NCBI GenBank assembly: GCA_030141605.1
Contig: JAQGDQ010000001.1
Location: 558,001-622,000 of the forward strand
Reading direction: 5' to 3'
From: Tubiluchus corallicola
Lineage: Eukaryota; Animalia; Priapulida
DNA: 64,000 bases
In this document: positions 1 through 15,600 of the stretch, in pieces
Layout of the letters: every line of letters begins with the position of its first letter
How positions within the stretch are numbered: the first letter of the stretch is position 1
Program-made: the position numbers and the translations under genes
The notes under the pieces: generated by a model
What the model was told of the DNA's origin: nothing
Database searches by the model: none
The model's input: the letters and a program-made list of their open reading frames with translations, nothing else

Positions 1-1331
1 TGTAACTATAGTAAAAACACATACCGACAAAAAAGAGTCACACCATTATCATAATATCATAAAAGAATCATCAGCAGAAATAAATTTTGATTGTCAGCTT
101 TTCATTTAATCTGTGACAAAATACTTACACTTGCAGGTTTCATTATGTCTTTAATCTATACAGTCATAAAATGCAGCAGACAACTACACACAAAAATAAT
201 AGTGCCCCTAGGAAATGAGCAGCTAGACAACTACACAAGCAGATAAATGGACACATGAGAACAGCATACCTGATGCTGCACATAATGATGTGCAACTATG
301 TTTCTACTTAATTGCTAGGAAATTTTTCCTTTTTAGGATGTTTTTTCTTGCCATTTTTGCCAGTTATTTAAGCCATAAGCTGGTCTGGTTTGCATTATAA
401 ATGACTGTTGACTTTCTCAAGTTTTATTTTGTAATAAAAATACTGTTTTGCACAAATACCGTGATTTTACATTAAATAACACATAGGCTAGCAGACCATG
501 CACTTAGTTGTCAGATGACGCAAGTGGAATGCTTCATTTAATCATAAAACCTTTACTGTGCCGGCATAGTAAATAAGGCTAGGTTTAAAAAACAGCACGT
601 TTCTCACCCAAGCAGAGCTAATTGTATCCAGAGTTTTGCGCAAGCAGGCATTTAAATAATCATAAATAAAAACCACGCAAAACTGACACAGTTATTAGCA
701 GACGTCGTCACGAATGAATCACAGCAGAGGTAGAGAAAAGCAAGCTGGAGGTGGTTTTACACAAAAATTTATTGCATGGATAATGCTGCCTTAATCCTAG
801 AAATAGCAGAGTTTAAACACCATGAATTTACTCTTTTGTGATAAAATAGTTGTTTAACAGCAGCACTCATTAAAAAACTTGTGCCCGTTTTAAGAGAAAG
901 TATTCTTTTCATCATCTGACAAATAGGCTTCATTTTGTTTTGCACAGGCATTTAAACAACTGAAACCAGGGTACAATGAGACTACAGCAATCAAATTTTA
1001 ATGGCCCTTAAAACTTGTTCTAGGCAGTTTATACTGTACTAAAATTTCCTAAGCAAAGATCACTTTTATTTCGCTCATTTAAAAGAGTATTGAAGTGCAG
1101 TAAACATAGGAAATAGATCCAGAACATGTGGAAAATTTTTCCAGGACTGCAGTCAGCAGCTACGGAAATTTCTCTAAACATTGCAGAAAAAGATCTATTA
1201 TTAAATGAGTCTGTCAGTGATCCCACACCCTCCTTTTACTCTGTTGTCTTACTGCCTCATTGAGTTTTTTTTGGTACACAGATACACACCCGGTTTGCAT
1301 ACATGCTTCATGAACAGTTAACGGAACTTAC

Positions 1332-3291
1332 AGAAAACTCTGTACTGTTGACCATAATTTGTAGTAAGATATCTACAATGCGTTGCTTCTGTTGTTGCCC
1401 ATCTTCCGTATTAAATTCCGGTTCATCAAAAGCTAAAGACAATGCATTAAGAAACTCGTGTGCACTGTAGTGCAACAGAGTACGAAGATAAGGATAAACA
1501 GGTTCACCTAAAAAGCAACAATAAGTAGTCATGAAGCAGAAACTGCAAGTATTTGTTGTTAAAACTATGTAGTGAGCCAGCCAGTATCATCCATGCAACA
1601 TTTGTTTAGAGTTTTGTATATTAAATTAGATTAAATCTGCTAACTACAGTCATTTACTAAAGATCTGTACCTTCAGGCTTATTTGTGTGCAAGCAAGTCA
1701 AGGTTTTTATCACAGTCATCTTCACTTGTAAAACCATGAACTCAGGAATTACTCCTGTGGGGTAAGCACGTCCTGCGAGGCAGCAGCTGTGAAATAAGAA
1801 ACGTTAACATTTAATATATATATATATCTACATACTCATATCATATATACATATGATATATATATACTCATTATCACACATGAATAAAAAAGTGTCTGTA
1901 AAAATAACTAATTAAGGAGTGAACATATAATAAAACTTAGCATACCTAATATAAACGAGAACAGTGTTTCCCAAATGTATAATATTATCATTTAAAGATT
2001 TATTTGCTAGGACTGGTTCTTTCATCTTGTCCATGAGCTCTTCAAGGGGACTAATGTAATCTTTCATGCCTTGCGTGAAAATATAAATGATTCCATCGTA
2101 CATGCAATGCTTTCTACAAAACCTCACCATCTGCAAAAATTAATTAATCACTTAGCAAAAATAAGGCACTAATGTTTAAAAAAGTCAGATGTATGTACAT
2201 TAAAAAGCATAGATAGTATTCAAACAACGGTGCTACAAAATTACAATGGTCCAGCAGTGAAAACAACAGTATAAGAAACCCAGTACAGACACTAAAGACT
2301 ATCAACAAACATTAAGAGTTACACCATGTATAATTTTTACAAAATGTGGTGGATTTTAATACACTTATTAGGTGGATAAAATGTTAAAAACTCTGAACAC
2401 TTCACAGAAATTAAAGGTTTTTAATAAAATCAAACCGTCCACATACATACTTTACACAGGGGAATAAAATACCCCTCTTTTGCAGTAGCCAGCAAAAATA
2501 TTGATAAGATTGGCACAAGTCACAAATGACTTCGAAAGTTTAGTCATACTGAATAACTTAATTCCTTTGTATGTTCATTTTAACATCTGTGTCTTAATTA
2601 AATGAGACCACCAATTGTTGCCACATCTGATAACTTTTTATCTTTAGCACGGACATCAACTTTTTCAGTTTTAAAAATTTAGCTAGCAAAATACAATCTT
2701 TGCACACTACATCCCACCAAATAGAATAATGGTCTCTGTGCCATACTTTGCAAAATTTTCTGAATGTTAATCTGTATTAATATAAGAGAAAATTTTTGAG
2801 TCTTTCCTTCAGGCATATTGTAAAAGTATATTTAAAATCACTGTAACTCTTGAGTATTTGTTAGTGAAAAGCTACCTACGTGGTCAATATCCATTGACAA
2901 CACATCTAAATGAACAATGACATTTTCCAGATCAGCAACTGCTCCTTTATTCTCATAGTTTTCTACCAAGTCCTGCATAACCATAGGTGTAATTTTTGGC
3001 AGCTTATCGTCTAAAATGTAAGGTTCTAAGCATTCCAGAAACACACATTTGGAAATTGTATCACTGGAAAAGCGCTCATAAATCCGCCCAAACAAAATAT
3101 CACTGAAAATTTAACAAAAAATCAAATGAGTAAGCATACTAGCAAGAAACAAATTATATATTTACTGTTGATTTAGCAGTTTAATTACCTTACCCAGAAA
3201 GAAAATCAGTGAGCAATAAAAATTGCACATGTAACAGCTCAAACCTATAACTGTTACTTTATCGTAATATTAATTTCGATGGTATGGGCTT

Positions 3292-3345
<54 letters not shown>

Positions 3346-6300
3346 ATTCGAGGCTACAGCTCGGCACAATGTGTGGCGATCAATGTGTCAAATAAAAAGG
3401 CTTCGATCTAGTGTCGTGCCATTGGGGGTTTATTTTTCAAATTGGGCCCACCAGGACGAACGGGGGGCGAAAAACCTCCAAAAATGGGCATTTTTCGGCC
3501 TATACAATAGTGTGGGTTGTATTTTAGGACACGTCCACCAAGAGGAGTGACGACGAGTTAATTAGATGTTCCATTTTTGGCAATTTTCGCTTGGAAAACT
3601 GCTGAAGCAAAGCCGTTGTTCTGATGTCATCCATTGTACTCTGCCTGTAACTTTAATTCAGTAAAAGCTGCTACTGGCTTTGTGTTATAAATGAGGACTA
3701 TGTAGGATGTTCGCGTATTTTGGATTATAAGTGTATTTATACTCAAAATTTTTTGTGGAGCTTTGCTAGTTGCTTATTAATACACTAGTATTGATTTGGT
3801 ACTTACAGTCTATCAATTGCCAGACAATAATCAATGCATACAGGTATAACTTTCATATAGTGTTCAGTTAGAAAATGTATAGGGCCTCTTGCAGGAACAT
3901 GCGTAGTAACTGATAACTCAACAAACTCTTGTAAGACTTCCAAAAGCTGTCAAATACACAAAAATATATATATGAGCATGACAAGAAAACTAACTAACTT
4001 TCATTGTTAGTGAAATAACTTCATGCAATCACAGAATCAAGCCTTATATAAATCATGAAAACAATAGAGGTATATTATCAAAAATTATTAAGTAGTATAA
4101 GAATATGTTACAAAGTGATCAAATCTGTATACTTTTGGCATTTTATGGAATAGTTGGAAACCTAATAGAAGCAAACAAGGCTTCCAAATGCATTTACAAG
4201 CATTATAAATTATGTACATAACTACACTACAATGTTATGAATATATTATACAAGTAAGAAATAAGAAAAATGTAACAAACTCTAGGAGGGAGGCACTAAG
4301 CTGCAAATAATGAATAAATATTTGTATGCCAAGATTACTATATCAAAAAATGAAAATTTTACCTTGTTAGAAACTGTCTCCCGTCTTTTAGGAACATTTC
4401 TTGTTAGTCCAACAACAGCCTTTGCTTTATCTTGATAAAATGACAAAGCAAGAGCTAAAGCATCTTTATGTTTTTCTTGCTTAGTCAAATAATCTATCCT
4501 CTATAAAAAATAAATGGCAAGGTTTAATACCAGCCAACTCTGCTTAACGTCAGCCTCTACTAGAAATTGCTGTAAGTCAAGTGAAATATATGATCATGAA
4601 TTGCAATTGCATAAATTAGTACCTTGCTACTTGAAAATAGGACATGTGATAAGAGAAAACTCAAATAAGCATCTGGGTGTTAAAGATAGATGCCTGTGGT
4701 GTTATGTAGTTGCAATAAATTAAAGTAACCCAGCTTTTAGTTATGTCAGAGTAATAACAGTTTTAATGGGAACTCACATTTTAGCCAAGTCAAAGATCAA
4801 TAAAAAGACTTTCTACAGTAATAATAGTTTAGAGAAACTACAATTATTGGTTTAATTATTGGATTATTGGCACTGTTATATTGGTTATTATTCTCAATAC
4901 TTTGTCTCTGCAACTAATATAAGCAGTGCAAAAAATAATAGCAGTCATAATATTTTACAATAAGTAACTTAAGGCAATATGGCTGTCCCAAGGCTTATGC
5001 ATGTTGGGAAGAATTGTACTGATGATCACATAGTTCTTGTGAGAATCGAACACAGGGTGAAAACAGGAATTTTTGTTTTTTGAATATAAAAATTTGTCTT
5101 TAGCAGTTTCTAAAGCATATCACTTGAAAATTTTTGATAAAATCGCTTTAACAAGACACAGACACAGTAACATGACCTGATGTTGTTTTATAGTTTAGTG
5201 TCCCTTCAAAAAAGCAAAATGATAAAGCTATACAGCTTTTATGGGCTTATTATGGTAGTTCATGATATAATTTTGGTGGTTAATCTTTTAAATATGAAAA
5301 CAGTCTTCAGTGATTTTTTCCAACTTAATCAAGATTGACGTGACTACTTTTGACATTGAGCAGCAAAGCAAATCTCATGTTTTCCTTTTGAGTTGATTTT
5401 AGCACATGTTCCATCAGCTGTAAATACACCATACATACTAATAAATTCAAAAGATGCTCGTTTTTGACAGTTATTAAATTTTTACATAAGGTCAGTCGTC
5501 AAGTCCACAGCTACTTTTTTTGTGTTTAATTGGACAAAGCTAATTCTCCAGTTTATTACTAGATCGTACCTACAGAGTACCTTATTGAACAAACGAAAGT
5601 TACTTGGCCCTTCAATGAGTCTGGAAAGCTCAATCGTTTCAGAGGCTTGTTTATCAACACGTTTTCAAATTTGGTTATGTATGGTATCAAACTCTGTCAA
5701 CACCACACATCTGTGTACCTTTAACAATGAGTATAAATCACATGGTTATGCAACTGCTTACATTTGTTGAAAGACATTTAAAGCCAAAACTAAGATCAAA
5801 CTTAAAAAACAGCTAATATAGTAATACCTCTTGCCAAGAACGTAATGTGAACACATGAATAGATTTTGTTCCTAGTAATATCATCTGACCACGGAAGACC
5901 CCATATGATTCATAACAAGCACTTTCTCCAGCTAATGACTAAAATAATACGAGAAAAATAATTGTGTGCTTATAAGGAAAAATACACAAAAAACAATCAA
6001 ACAAGAAAACTTCTGATGTTTCAATGGCAATGACTACAAGTAATGTAAGTGAATAAAAAAACAAACTTGACAGACAATTGCACAAAAATATCAAAAATGA
6101 CATTTAATTCAAGTTATTAAAATTTAATAAAAAAATCTTACAAACATAGCAAATTTCAATAGCTTTACCATTGCCGGACTAACATTTCCACCTGTCGCCA
6201 GTGATTTAAAGTGACTACTTCCATAAACTAACTTTACATCCCCAATGTCTAGGCACTCTAATTCTTTCTCGCTTTTGATATCAATTACATGGAATTTCTC

Positions 6301-9300
6301 TGTAGTATCCAGAGTGACTAGAGTTTTAGCATTCACCCACTAAAATGTAATAACATAAGAACTTCTAGCAAATCAAAAAGAATTCAAATGAAAAAAGACA
6401 TTTCATTAATTTTTGGTTTCACTAATTTAAATACCCCATAGTAACAATTCATTACTTACTAATTCATTAATTTTTTCTTCATCTAGCACTAACAAAGCAA
6501 ATACAATGTAATTATATTATACACAATTCTCTACATGATTTTCCTGATATTGCTAACATTTACTGCTCGCTTAAACGCTGATGTAATGTAAAGGATTACA
6601 CAACTGCGACAGACAATAAGGTTTTTTCAACATATTATTAAGAAATCACAGTTAGTTATCTTTCTACAAAAGAAGCTTATAAATTAAATAACTTGCAATC
6701 TTATTTCTGGTTTAGAATATGTACACTGTTGTGAAGGCCCCCATGCACCATGTTTCGCTTCTTTGGTGTGAGTGCACAAAAAATGGCATAATCTGTATTC
6801 AAAGTTTCTGTGGTTAACAAAGTCTAACTGCGATTAGTCTAAAATAAATCATTTCTCGCTCTCAAAATTTATACTTTGGCAAAGCGAAATTGCCAACTGC
6901 TTTTACACTTGTGTCTGGTAGTGGTGGAGCTACATTCAGACAGCTACGGAAAACAGTAAATAGTACCTCGCTAGTACCATATGAACAGATCACATCATTT
7001 ACAGCGCGCAATGAAAAAACAACGGTTTTTGACATTTGCAAAGGCAAACAAGGTGAATAAAAAAATCAAATGAAACAACAAGTTTCTAGCAAAATAAATC
7101 TAATATTCTTATTTACTGTAGCATTTTACGCTGTAAAGCTTACATTATAATAAGGGTTTAGTTTGACTCTAAAAATCCTTTGCATTTAAACATTTAAATC
7201 ATTTTTATCACACAAAAATTCCTAAAATTGTACTGTTATTCAGAGGTTTTATAATTGATAACTTAACTGTTTTTATTACTAAGAAACAAGGCAAAAGATT
7301 TCTGCCAATGTCAGCATTAACTCTCTTATAACACAACAATTTTAGGAAGAAAAGTTTGGCCGAATAACATATTCTGTTGAAAACAAAAAATACACCAATT
7401 ATAACTCACCAGTATACTCAGCAATGTGTACGGTAAAATCATCTTCTGAAGTGGCTGAAAGCGAATATCGTCAGCTGTTTGGCACAAAACCTATAATAAG
7501 CATTGATTTATATGTGTGTTATATATATGACAGCTTAGTGCCTACTTTGATTAGTATACAAGCAAAATAGCATAACCTACAAGCAAAACATGTAACTTTT
7601 GTTATAAGTATTATATAACTTCTCGTATTTGAATAACAGACATTTAATAATTCAATAACGTAAGTTAGGAAATAGTTTGGCATCAATAAGCACTATACAA
7701 CACCTGAAAAAAGTAAATAACATTGTTTCGTCCAAAAGCCAACACTGGTTCTAACATTTTCTTAGATGCATATTGTATAATTACGTAATGCCAGGTGACA
7801 AGAGGTAGTGCACTTACATCACCCTGAAAAAAGATACACAAGTTTTAATGCACTCACAAGGCTATTGTTATAATAGTTTAGTTATATTAGTTGATCCAAC
7901 TTACCTCAAGCAATATACATAATAATAGCATAGTACAAAACTACAGTAACAATTACATGAATTGCAATTGTGGATAGGGTTAGGCTTGGATGAAGAATTA
8001 GTGCAACGAAAGAAGGGCAAGTGGAGTGGGGATGATATGTGACAGCAATAATACATTGAAACCATTATCATATTCTGTACTGTAAGTGGCTGCTGCAGGA
8101 TAGAAGAGACTAGATTCAAACAAGAACTTAGTCAAAATATGAATGGTGTAAATCATTTTTCATTTGCTGATTGAATTTTCCAGTATTAATTATCATCTTG
8201 TGAAACTGAGGAATTTCATTCCGCACTTTCAGTCCTTGGAAACTAATGGAGGGCTTTGCTTTATTTTTTCTGCAGAAAGGTACATTACAGTCATTATACC
8301 TTGTGTTATAATTAATTTGAATCTGTTCTATTGCACTTATATGAAAGGAGGGATGTTATAAAATTATGTTAAATGTTACAAAATCATCTAGAGTTGGAAA
8401 TCAGCATGTTTAGACAATTGACGTCTAACATAATGTTAATTATTTTCGTTAACTGCCCAATCAGCGTGCAAGTCATTTCACATCCCTCTCTGATAAGATC
8501 ACATCAGAGCTTAATTCACGCAGGTAATTTCGGGACATTTAACTACAGCTCTGTCTAATACTGTTATGAATAATGCTCAACTTTTCAATAGTTAGTGGGA
8601 GAAATATTGGCCTGGTTCTAGATTTTGTTATTGTAAATTGAAATTGCAAGTGAATCAGTGGAAATATACAACCCAGTTTTGTTTAAAGGAAGAAATGCAC
8701 AATGCTTACATCTATGAGTTGCTGATTAAACCATTTTGCAATCAAGAAAATACGCAGTTTAGTTTAGTTTTTCCTTTGCATGTTAAACAAAAACCTCTAT
8801 TTGATTAGCTTTAAATAAGGACAAAACAAAATGTTTTCTTTTCTGGCCAGTTTTTATAAACTCCAATGAGATCTTCACACTCAAAATTAATTCAAATGTG
8901 GTCAAAACTTATACATCAATGTAGTATTAATTAATTTTTACGCTATTTTTTTGGTTATAATCATGATTAAAAGATGCCATTGGGATTTATGTAACTCGGG
9001 TATTCAATATAAAGGTCGTCTATGGAATGGAACAATCAAATTTATTCCATTTCCGTGCTTAACAAAAGGAAAAATACAAAAATTGAATGAATCTTGCAGA
9101 CGAGCACACGATAAGCTAATATAGAAAACAACATCGCAGCATGATGTTCATATGTTCAAAGGCAAGAGAGACAAAACTTTTGTAGCTCATTTATTGTAAA
9201 CCAAGGCTAAGTAGCTAAACAATTGATTGTGACTATCAAGTTCTTTAGTTCAGTTTAGTTTAGCTTAGACAGTTGTTGTCCTGCATGAGCTGTTGTCCCG

Positions 9301-12300
9301 AATAGTGCTGAGCATGCTTACGTTTGTTTGACATCAATTCATATACCAGAGAAAAGACAAAACACATCAAATATTTACCTTCAAGGGGTGATGAAAAAGA
9401 ATACGAAGTTTAGGCCTAATCGTCACAACTATAACCTGGAATGTAAGAAAAAACTTTTAGTTAAAAGAAAATATTTCATTTGGCAACTTACATATCTTAG
9501 AGCAACCTAAAATTATGAACAGTTACAGATGAAAAACAAGTGTTGGGGGATGACTAAAACATCTGATATGTTAGTATGGCACAATAAAGTTTCAGTACCT
9601 TTTTAATGTCATTGCCTACTGAGTGCAAAAGAGGATGCTCTCTTCATGCTGATTTAGGGTACATGCTTTTTTAATGTTGATTTCACAATTTAGTGAGTGC
9701 AAGCAATTTGACGAGTGCTTCTAACCTAACCTAACCTAAATATGAGTTTTAACATAGTTGATATCAGAATCAATTACCAATGAAATCTGAAGTTTTTAAC
9801 TGACTATGAATTTTATGTTTAAAGCTAAAGAAGCCAATTTTATTTTTTATTTTATAGGGCAGTAAAATGACATAGGTGACACAAATTATGTGACCCAAAA
9901 TGGTAAGTTGGCAAAGGCCAAATTCAATTTATAGATGGCCACCATGTCAACCTAACACTTCACACGAAAAACCTATTTCGTTTTGCCACACTTTACGACC
10001 AGTTTTGGAATATTTTTGATATCTTAGAGCTATCACTCCTGTTAGTCCTGTAAGTTCATATATAGCACAACACACGACGCAAAGTAATGCATTACAGTAT
10101 GACACACACAATGCAAAACAATGCAACACATAAGCACAATATAGTCATGTTTACTTTACAATACCTTTGACATTGTCACCATGGCAATCAAACTTAAGTC
10201 TTCTAAAGGGTGATCACGTAGTAGTCCACCACAGAGTGAAGCAAATGTGCAGACTTCCCCTCGACTAAAGCAAATATGATAGAGTAAAAGTAAGCGTAAA
10301 AACTTTACTTAAATTGGTTGTAATTACATGAAAAAAGCAAACTGATCCAAAATCCAATATAAATAACATACACCCATACCTACTAACCTGCTGTTGAAAA
10401 CTAATGGCGGCAATTGCAAGTATTTTGAATAAATACTCACCTACTGTTTGATACACAAACTTTGTCATTAGTATGGTAAAATTTGCAGGAAAACTTGAAT
10501 TTTAAAAAAAAATTAATGAAAAAATCACTGTTGAAATTGTGGTGAGAAAAACTACAAGCTGCATGATAGCCTTGGAGTGGGGTACTCCACGACTGTTCCT
10601 ATAACTCAGCAGGACTGATCTTAGTGCAATTTTTCGTTTCATTTTAATTTTGATGTGCAAAAAAGTGTAAGTAAGCGTGATATTATTCATTCTTGTAACA
10701 TACTGAATCTTTTGTTTCCATTAAATAAAACAGACGAAATCATTTTGATAAAAACTGTTTCATCTAAGATATGTCACACCTTAGTTTTGATAAAATGGTT
10801 TCTGACAAAATTAACAGTAAGTGAAAAATAAACCTAGAAAGAAGTGTAACAGCAACTCACTTTCAACAAAAATAAAGTTTTTGAATGAACAACAACAATT
10901 CCAAGTAAGGTCCTACATTAAGCTATGCTTAGAAAAGGCAAGATCACAATGACAGGCATAATCCGAATATCCTAAATGTAACATATTTTCAACCCGAAAT
11001 TTTTCTTAAATGTGATTTTAATTGTCTCTTTCCATACGCTCAAAAGATCAGAAAATTACATGGCAAGTAATTGACTGTTCTGCATTCTAATGTGTATTTT
11101 TAATGCTCATCAAAATTTTATCGATGACTAAATTTGTGTCAGCCTAGGTAATATTGCAATTTAGTCTGTGACTGCACAAAATATTCAGAAAAATTTGCAG
11201 AAATATTTTGAAAAGCATTTAAAATATTAATTTTACAAGTAATCATGGCTTACTTAACTATGATGACTGCTCAGGTTTATAATTCGACAAACATGCGTAA
11301 ATGTTGTATATGATAATGTTGTGAATGTTGTATGAGTGAATGATAATGAATAAGATTGAACTTCCTGTTCATTGCAGCAATTACAGATATCCCCAATCAC
11401 AAAGTCACCTGATTTACTTATTTAAATTTCTAGCAGTATCTATACATACTGAAAAGCACAAATAATGCAATTTAAATGACATCAATAAAATTGAATAGTA
11501 AGTAAATAGTAAAATTTCTATGTCAACACTGACTAACATGCAACGAACCTGCCAGAAAAAATGCAGGTCGAATCACAGCTTCTTACACCCATCAACCGCT
11601 TGAAGTTGAGTTCAAAAACAGAGCCACCACTATCACTGAATAGTGCTACAGTAGGATCATCGGTAAACTGCAACACATTTTTAAAATTTAAAACTAGAAA
11701 TATAACTGCAGTCAGGCAGCAGCTAAGAATCTACGACGCAACACTCTCCAGTCAAATTTTGTCAAAAATTTTAATGAGGCTGTGTTTTAGACCGCTAGTA
11801 CCTTTCTTTTATCTCTGTAATTACAGAACACTCCTAGTCTAATTACAGGTGTAACTGTAATTCTAAGCATGCGGAGCAACAAAGCCAACCAGCTATGATA
11901 TTATATACAGATACATCAGAAACTTAGATTTTTACAAAATATGCAGGTCTGTTGTGGAGCTTACAAAAAGTGATACAGTAGCATCAAATATCAAAAAATG
12001 CCTTAGACTCTAAACAAAAAACGAAGAGAATAATGCAATAACCTGAAAGTATTTAGTCAAAAAATTGTTTTCAAATTATTTTATACTATTACCCTCAAAA
12101 TTATATACACTACTTCCTTATACACACAATGCTAAGATATTTCCACTTAAAAGCAGTCACATAAACTTGCTTTACATAACAAAGTCGTAAATCATACCTG
12201 TATGTGTAAAACTGCAGTACCTGGAGGATGAGCATCTATTATTACTCTCAACTCTTTCCCATTCGTTAGATCCCACATAGTAATCTAAAATATGCAAAAA

Positions 12301-12617
12301 GTCATGATTAAATCATCTTTATTCGTTCAAAAATACTTTAAACGACGAACTAAAGAAGAAAAATTAAAAAAATTGTACACATAAAATCATCACTAATCAT
12401 TACTACGAAGAACTAAAGAAAATAATGTAGTTCCTTTTAAATTGTATATATATATTCAAAATGCTTCAAAAGCAAAATACTAGCAGAAGAAAATATTCTT
12501 GGATAGCTAACTGATTACTGGGGGATCAATTTTTACTCCTATACGGTATTACGAGAATATATATAAACTTATAAAATCTTGAGCAATGCAATATAATTGC
12601 AGTGATACTAATAATTG

Positions 12618-12661
<44 letters not shown>

Positions 12662-15600
12662 TATATATATTAGGGTGTGGTGAAAATAACTTTTTTATCC
12701 AATATTTTTACAACATTTCCTACTTTGGAGGTTTGATGAGATACTAACATGGGTAAATTTTCAGCTATATTAAGCTTTGGGAACATGTGTCTCTACTCAT
12801 CTTACGATTTCGTAATTATGCTCATTTGTGTAGTAATTTGACAAATCTTAAAAATTATTATATCCACTCCACTAACCTAGTGATTTTCACCAGTAGCTTG
12901 CAATGATTAATAGTTATCACACATAGTACTGTGATAGTTTCACATGTTAGGAAGTTGTATCTGCAAAATTTAAAAATGTGTGTATTTTATCAATATATTA
13001 ACTAATGCTTTCAAAATTGACCCTACATGAATTTTTCAAAAAGCTGCTACTGTAAGCCCCTATTTCTACTAAAAACAATAGCAGTACCTTGCATTGTTTA
13101 TTTGGCATTGCGATTTCTTCATAATATCAGTTGAAAATGTTCACATTGCTTAACAGCTATTTTTTCTAGAAAAATAATTTTATAAACCGTTTATTTTTAC
13201 ATTTTGTGAATCATGAACTCTAGAAAAGTTAGCAGCAAGCCATACGGCTATTCTACTAGGCTACCAGATAATCAGTTGCCAACAGTTGGAAATGTTCTAC
13301 AGCATCATCAATTCAAGATGGAGGCCCAGTCAAAGAAGGATCTAGGACACAGATTTGTTGCTAGCAGAGGAGAGAGTAGCACAAGATGTATTTGCTATAT
13401 ATGCAAAATCATTAATTGCCACAATAACACTTAAAGGCACTATTAAAAGGATTATTACCAAGTTGCAAAAAATTCCATATGAGCTGGATAAAGTGCCTGA
13501 AAATTGTAAAACAAAGCCTTCACATATAGAAAACTATGCTTGAGATGGATGGTAAAATCAACTTGGATGCAACTGACCTAACAAGTTACTCAAACCATGC
13601 AAGTTCTGAGTCTTCTGACCCGCACTGAGTCCACCATATGCTGTTAAGAAAAACTCCTCGAAACAGAATCGTGTTCAAATTAATGACACTTGTCCTGACT
13701 CATGTGCCTCCTTAACAGTTTTTGACGAAATGACAGATTACTGAAGGTTAAAGGTGTCTCGGTAGTAACTTGTTCACGTGTAGCATACAAACTGGCCACT
13801 GGACTGGCCGGCTTATAGTAAACGTATGTCTATTCTGTTTTTCCAGTTTTTCCATTAGGTGGTGAAAGAAGATGCCTTTCTTTATCAAGTAATCCCTCAT
13901 CTTATCAAAAACATATATAGCAAATACATCTTGTGCTACAATCTCTTCTGTTAGCAACAAATCTGTGTCCTGGATCCTTCTCTGACTGGGCCTCCATCTT
14001 GAATTGATAGAAAGTTTCCAACTGTTGGCAACTGATTATCTGGTAGCCTAGTAGAATAGCCGTATGGCTTGCTGCTAACTTTTCTAGAGTTCATGATTCA
14101 CAAAATGTAAAAATAAACGGTTTATAAAATTATTTTTCTAGAAAAAATAGCTGTTAAGCAATGTGAACATTTTCAACTGATATTATGAAGAAATCGCAAT
14201 GCCAAATAAATAGTTGCAAGGTACTGCTATTGTTTTTAGTAGAAATAGGGGCTTACAGTAGCAGCTTTTTGAAAAATTCATGTAGGGTCAATTTTGAAAG
14301 CATTAGTTAATATATTGATAAAATACACACATTTTTAAATTTTGCAGATACAGCTTTCCTAACATGCAAAACTATCACAGTACTATGTGCGATAACTATT
14401 AATCATTGCAACCTACCGGTGAAAATTGCTAGGTCAGTGGAGTGGATGTAATAGTTTTTAAAGTTTGTCAAATTACTACACAAATGAGCATAATTTCGAA
14501 ATCTTAACATAAGAGGAAACACGTGTTCCCAAAGCTTAATCAAACTGAAAATTTACCCATGTTAGCATCTCGTCAAACCTCCAAAGTAGGAAAAGTTGTA
14601 AAAAGATTGGCTAAAAAAATTATTTTAAAAACACCCTATATATATATATATATAACAATTATTAGTATCACTGCTATTATATTGTATTGTTCGAGATTTT
14701 ATAAGTTTAAAATATATATATATAGTAAAAATGTCATAGGCAAAAAAACACACAGTAAAACCATCATCATTTAAATGATCCAAATTCAAAATTGAATTTA
14801 CAAGTGTGTGCTTGCATAGCAAAAAAGCAACCATAAGTCAGCAATTAAGCTTTTCCAGATATTCATATATCCTGAATCTTCATTTCATGGGATCATCTTT
14901 ATACCAAGCTCATCGCTCGCTCTATGTTATTTCTAAGCTGAGATGATCTAGTGTGAAGTTGAGGTGCACACTGTGCACTGAAAAACATAACCTTGAGAAA
15001 ATCGCTGTTAAAGCTAGCCATTGCATTTTGTCGCCTTTCTGTAAAACACTTAGTAACCGCACAAATGTTGGTTGCTATGGACTTTGCTATGCTTTGCTAT
15101 GGACTAAATTATGCTTAAATCCAATAGATGGCTATTTCTGACAAAGATCTGGGCTTGGCAACAGAAAAAATCTGAAGCAAAATGACTGCTTCTACGAGCT
15201 ACAATCAAAGTTTGAAAATAAAAGATTTTTCATAATTGCAGTATATGAGTTTCTTGCTAGGGAAGTGGGTAAGGGGATATAAAATTAGATTTTTAGTATT
15301 TTTTGAACATTTTCTTGATAATTTGATGCTAGAATACAAAAGAAATTTTATTTAGCATTTGTTTTTATAAAAAACAAAATACCGGCATTTAACCAAATTC
15401 ATGGTGCATTCTACTTTGAAGCATCATAACAAAGATGTAACTATGCTGACTTATGGACGGTTTTGGTTTGCAAGCACACAAAAATATTTTTTCACAGGTA
15501 CATTGTGTATATGTATCATAAGTATGACTAACAAATTTAAGAACAATCAATACAAAAAAACAGTTTCCTTTTTTCATTGTAATATGTGCATACAGACTGG

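Noticed and set aside
3284-3550. 88-aa ORF with YI repeats
   Set aside because: It is the translation of a (TA)n microsatellite and repeat DNA.
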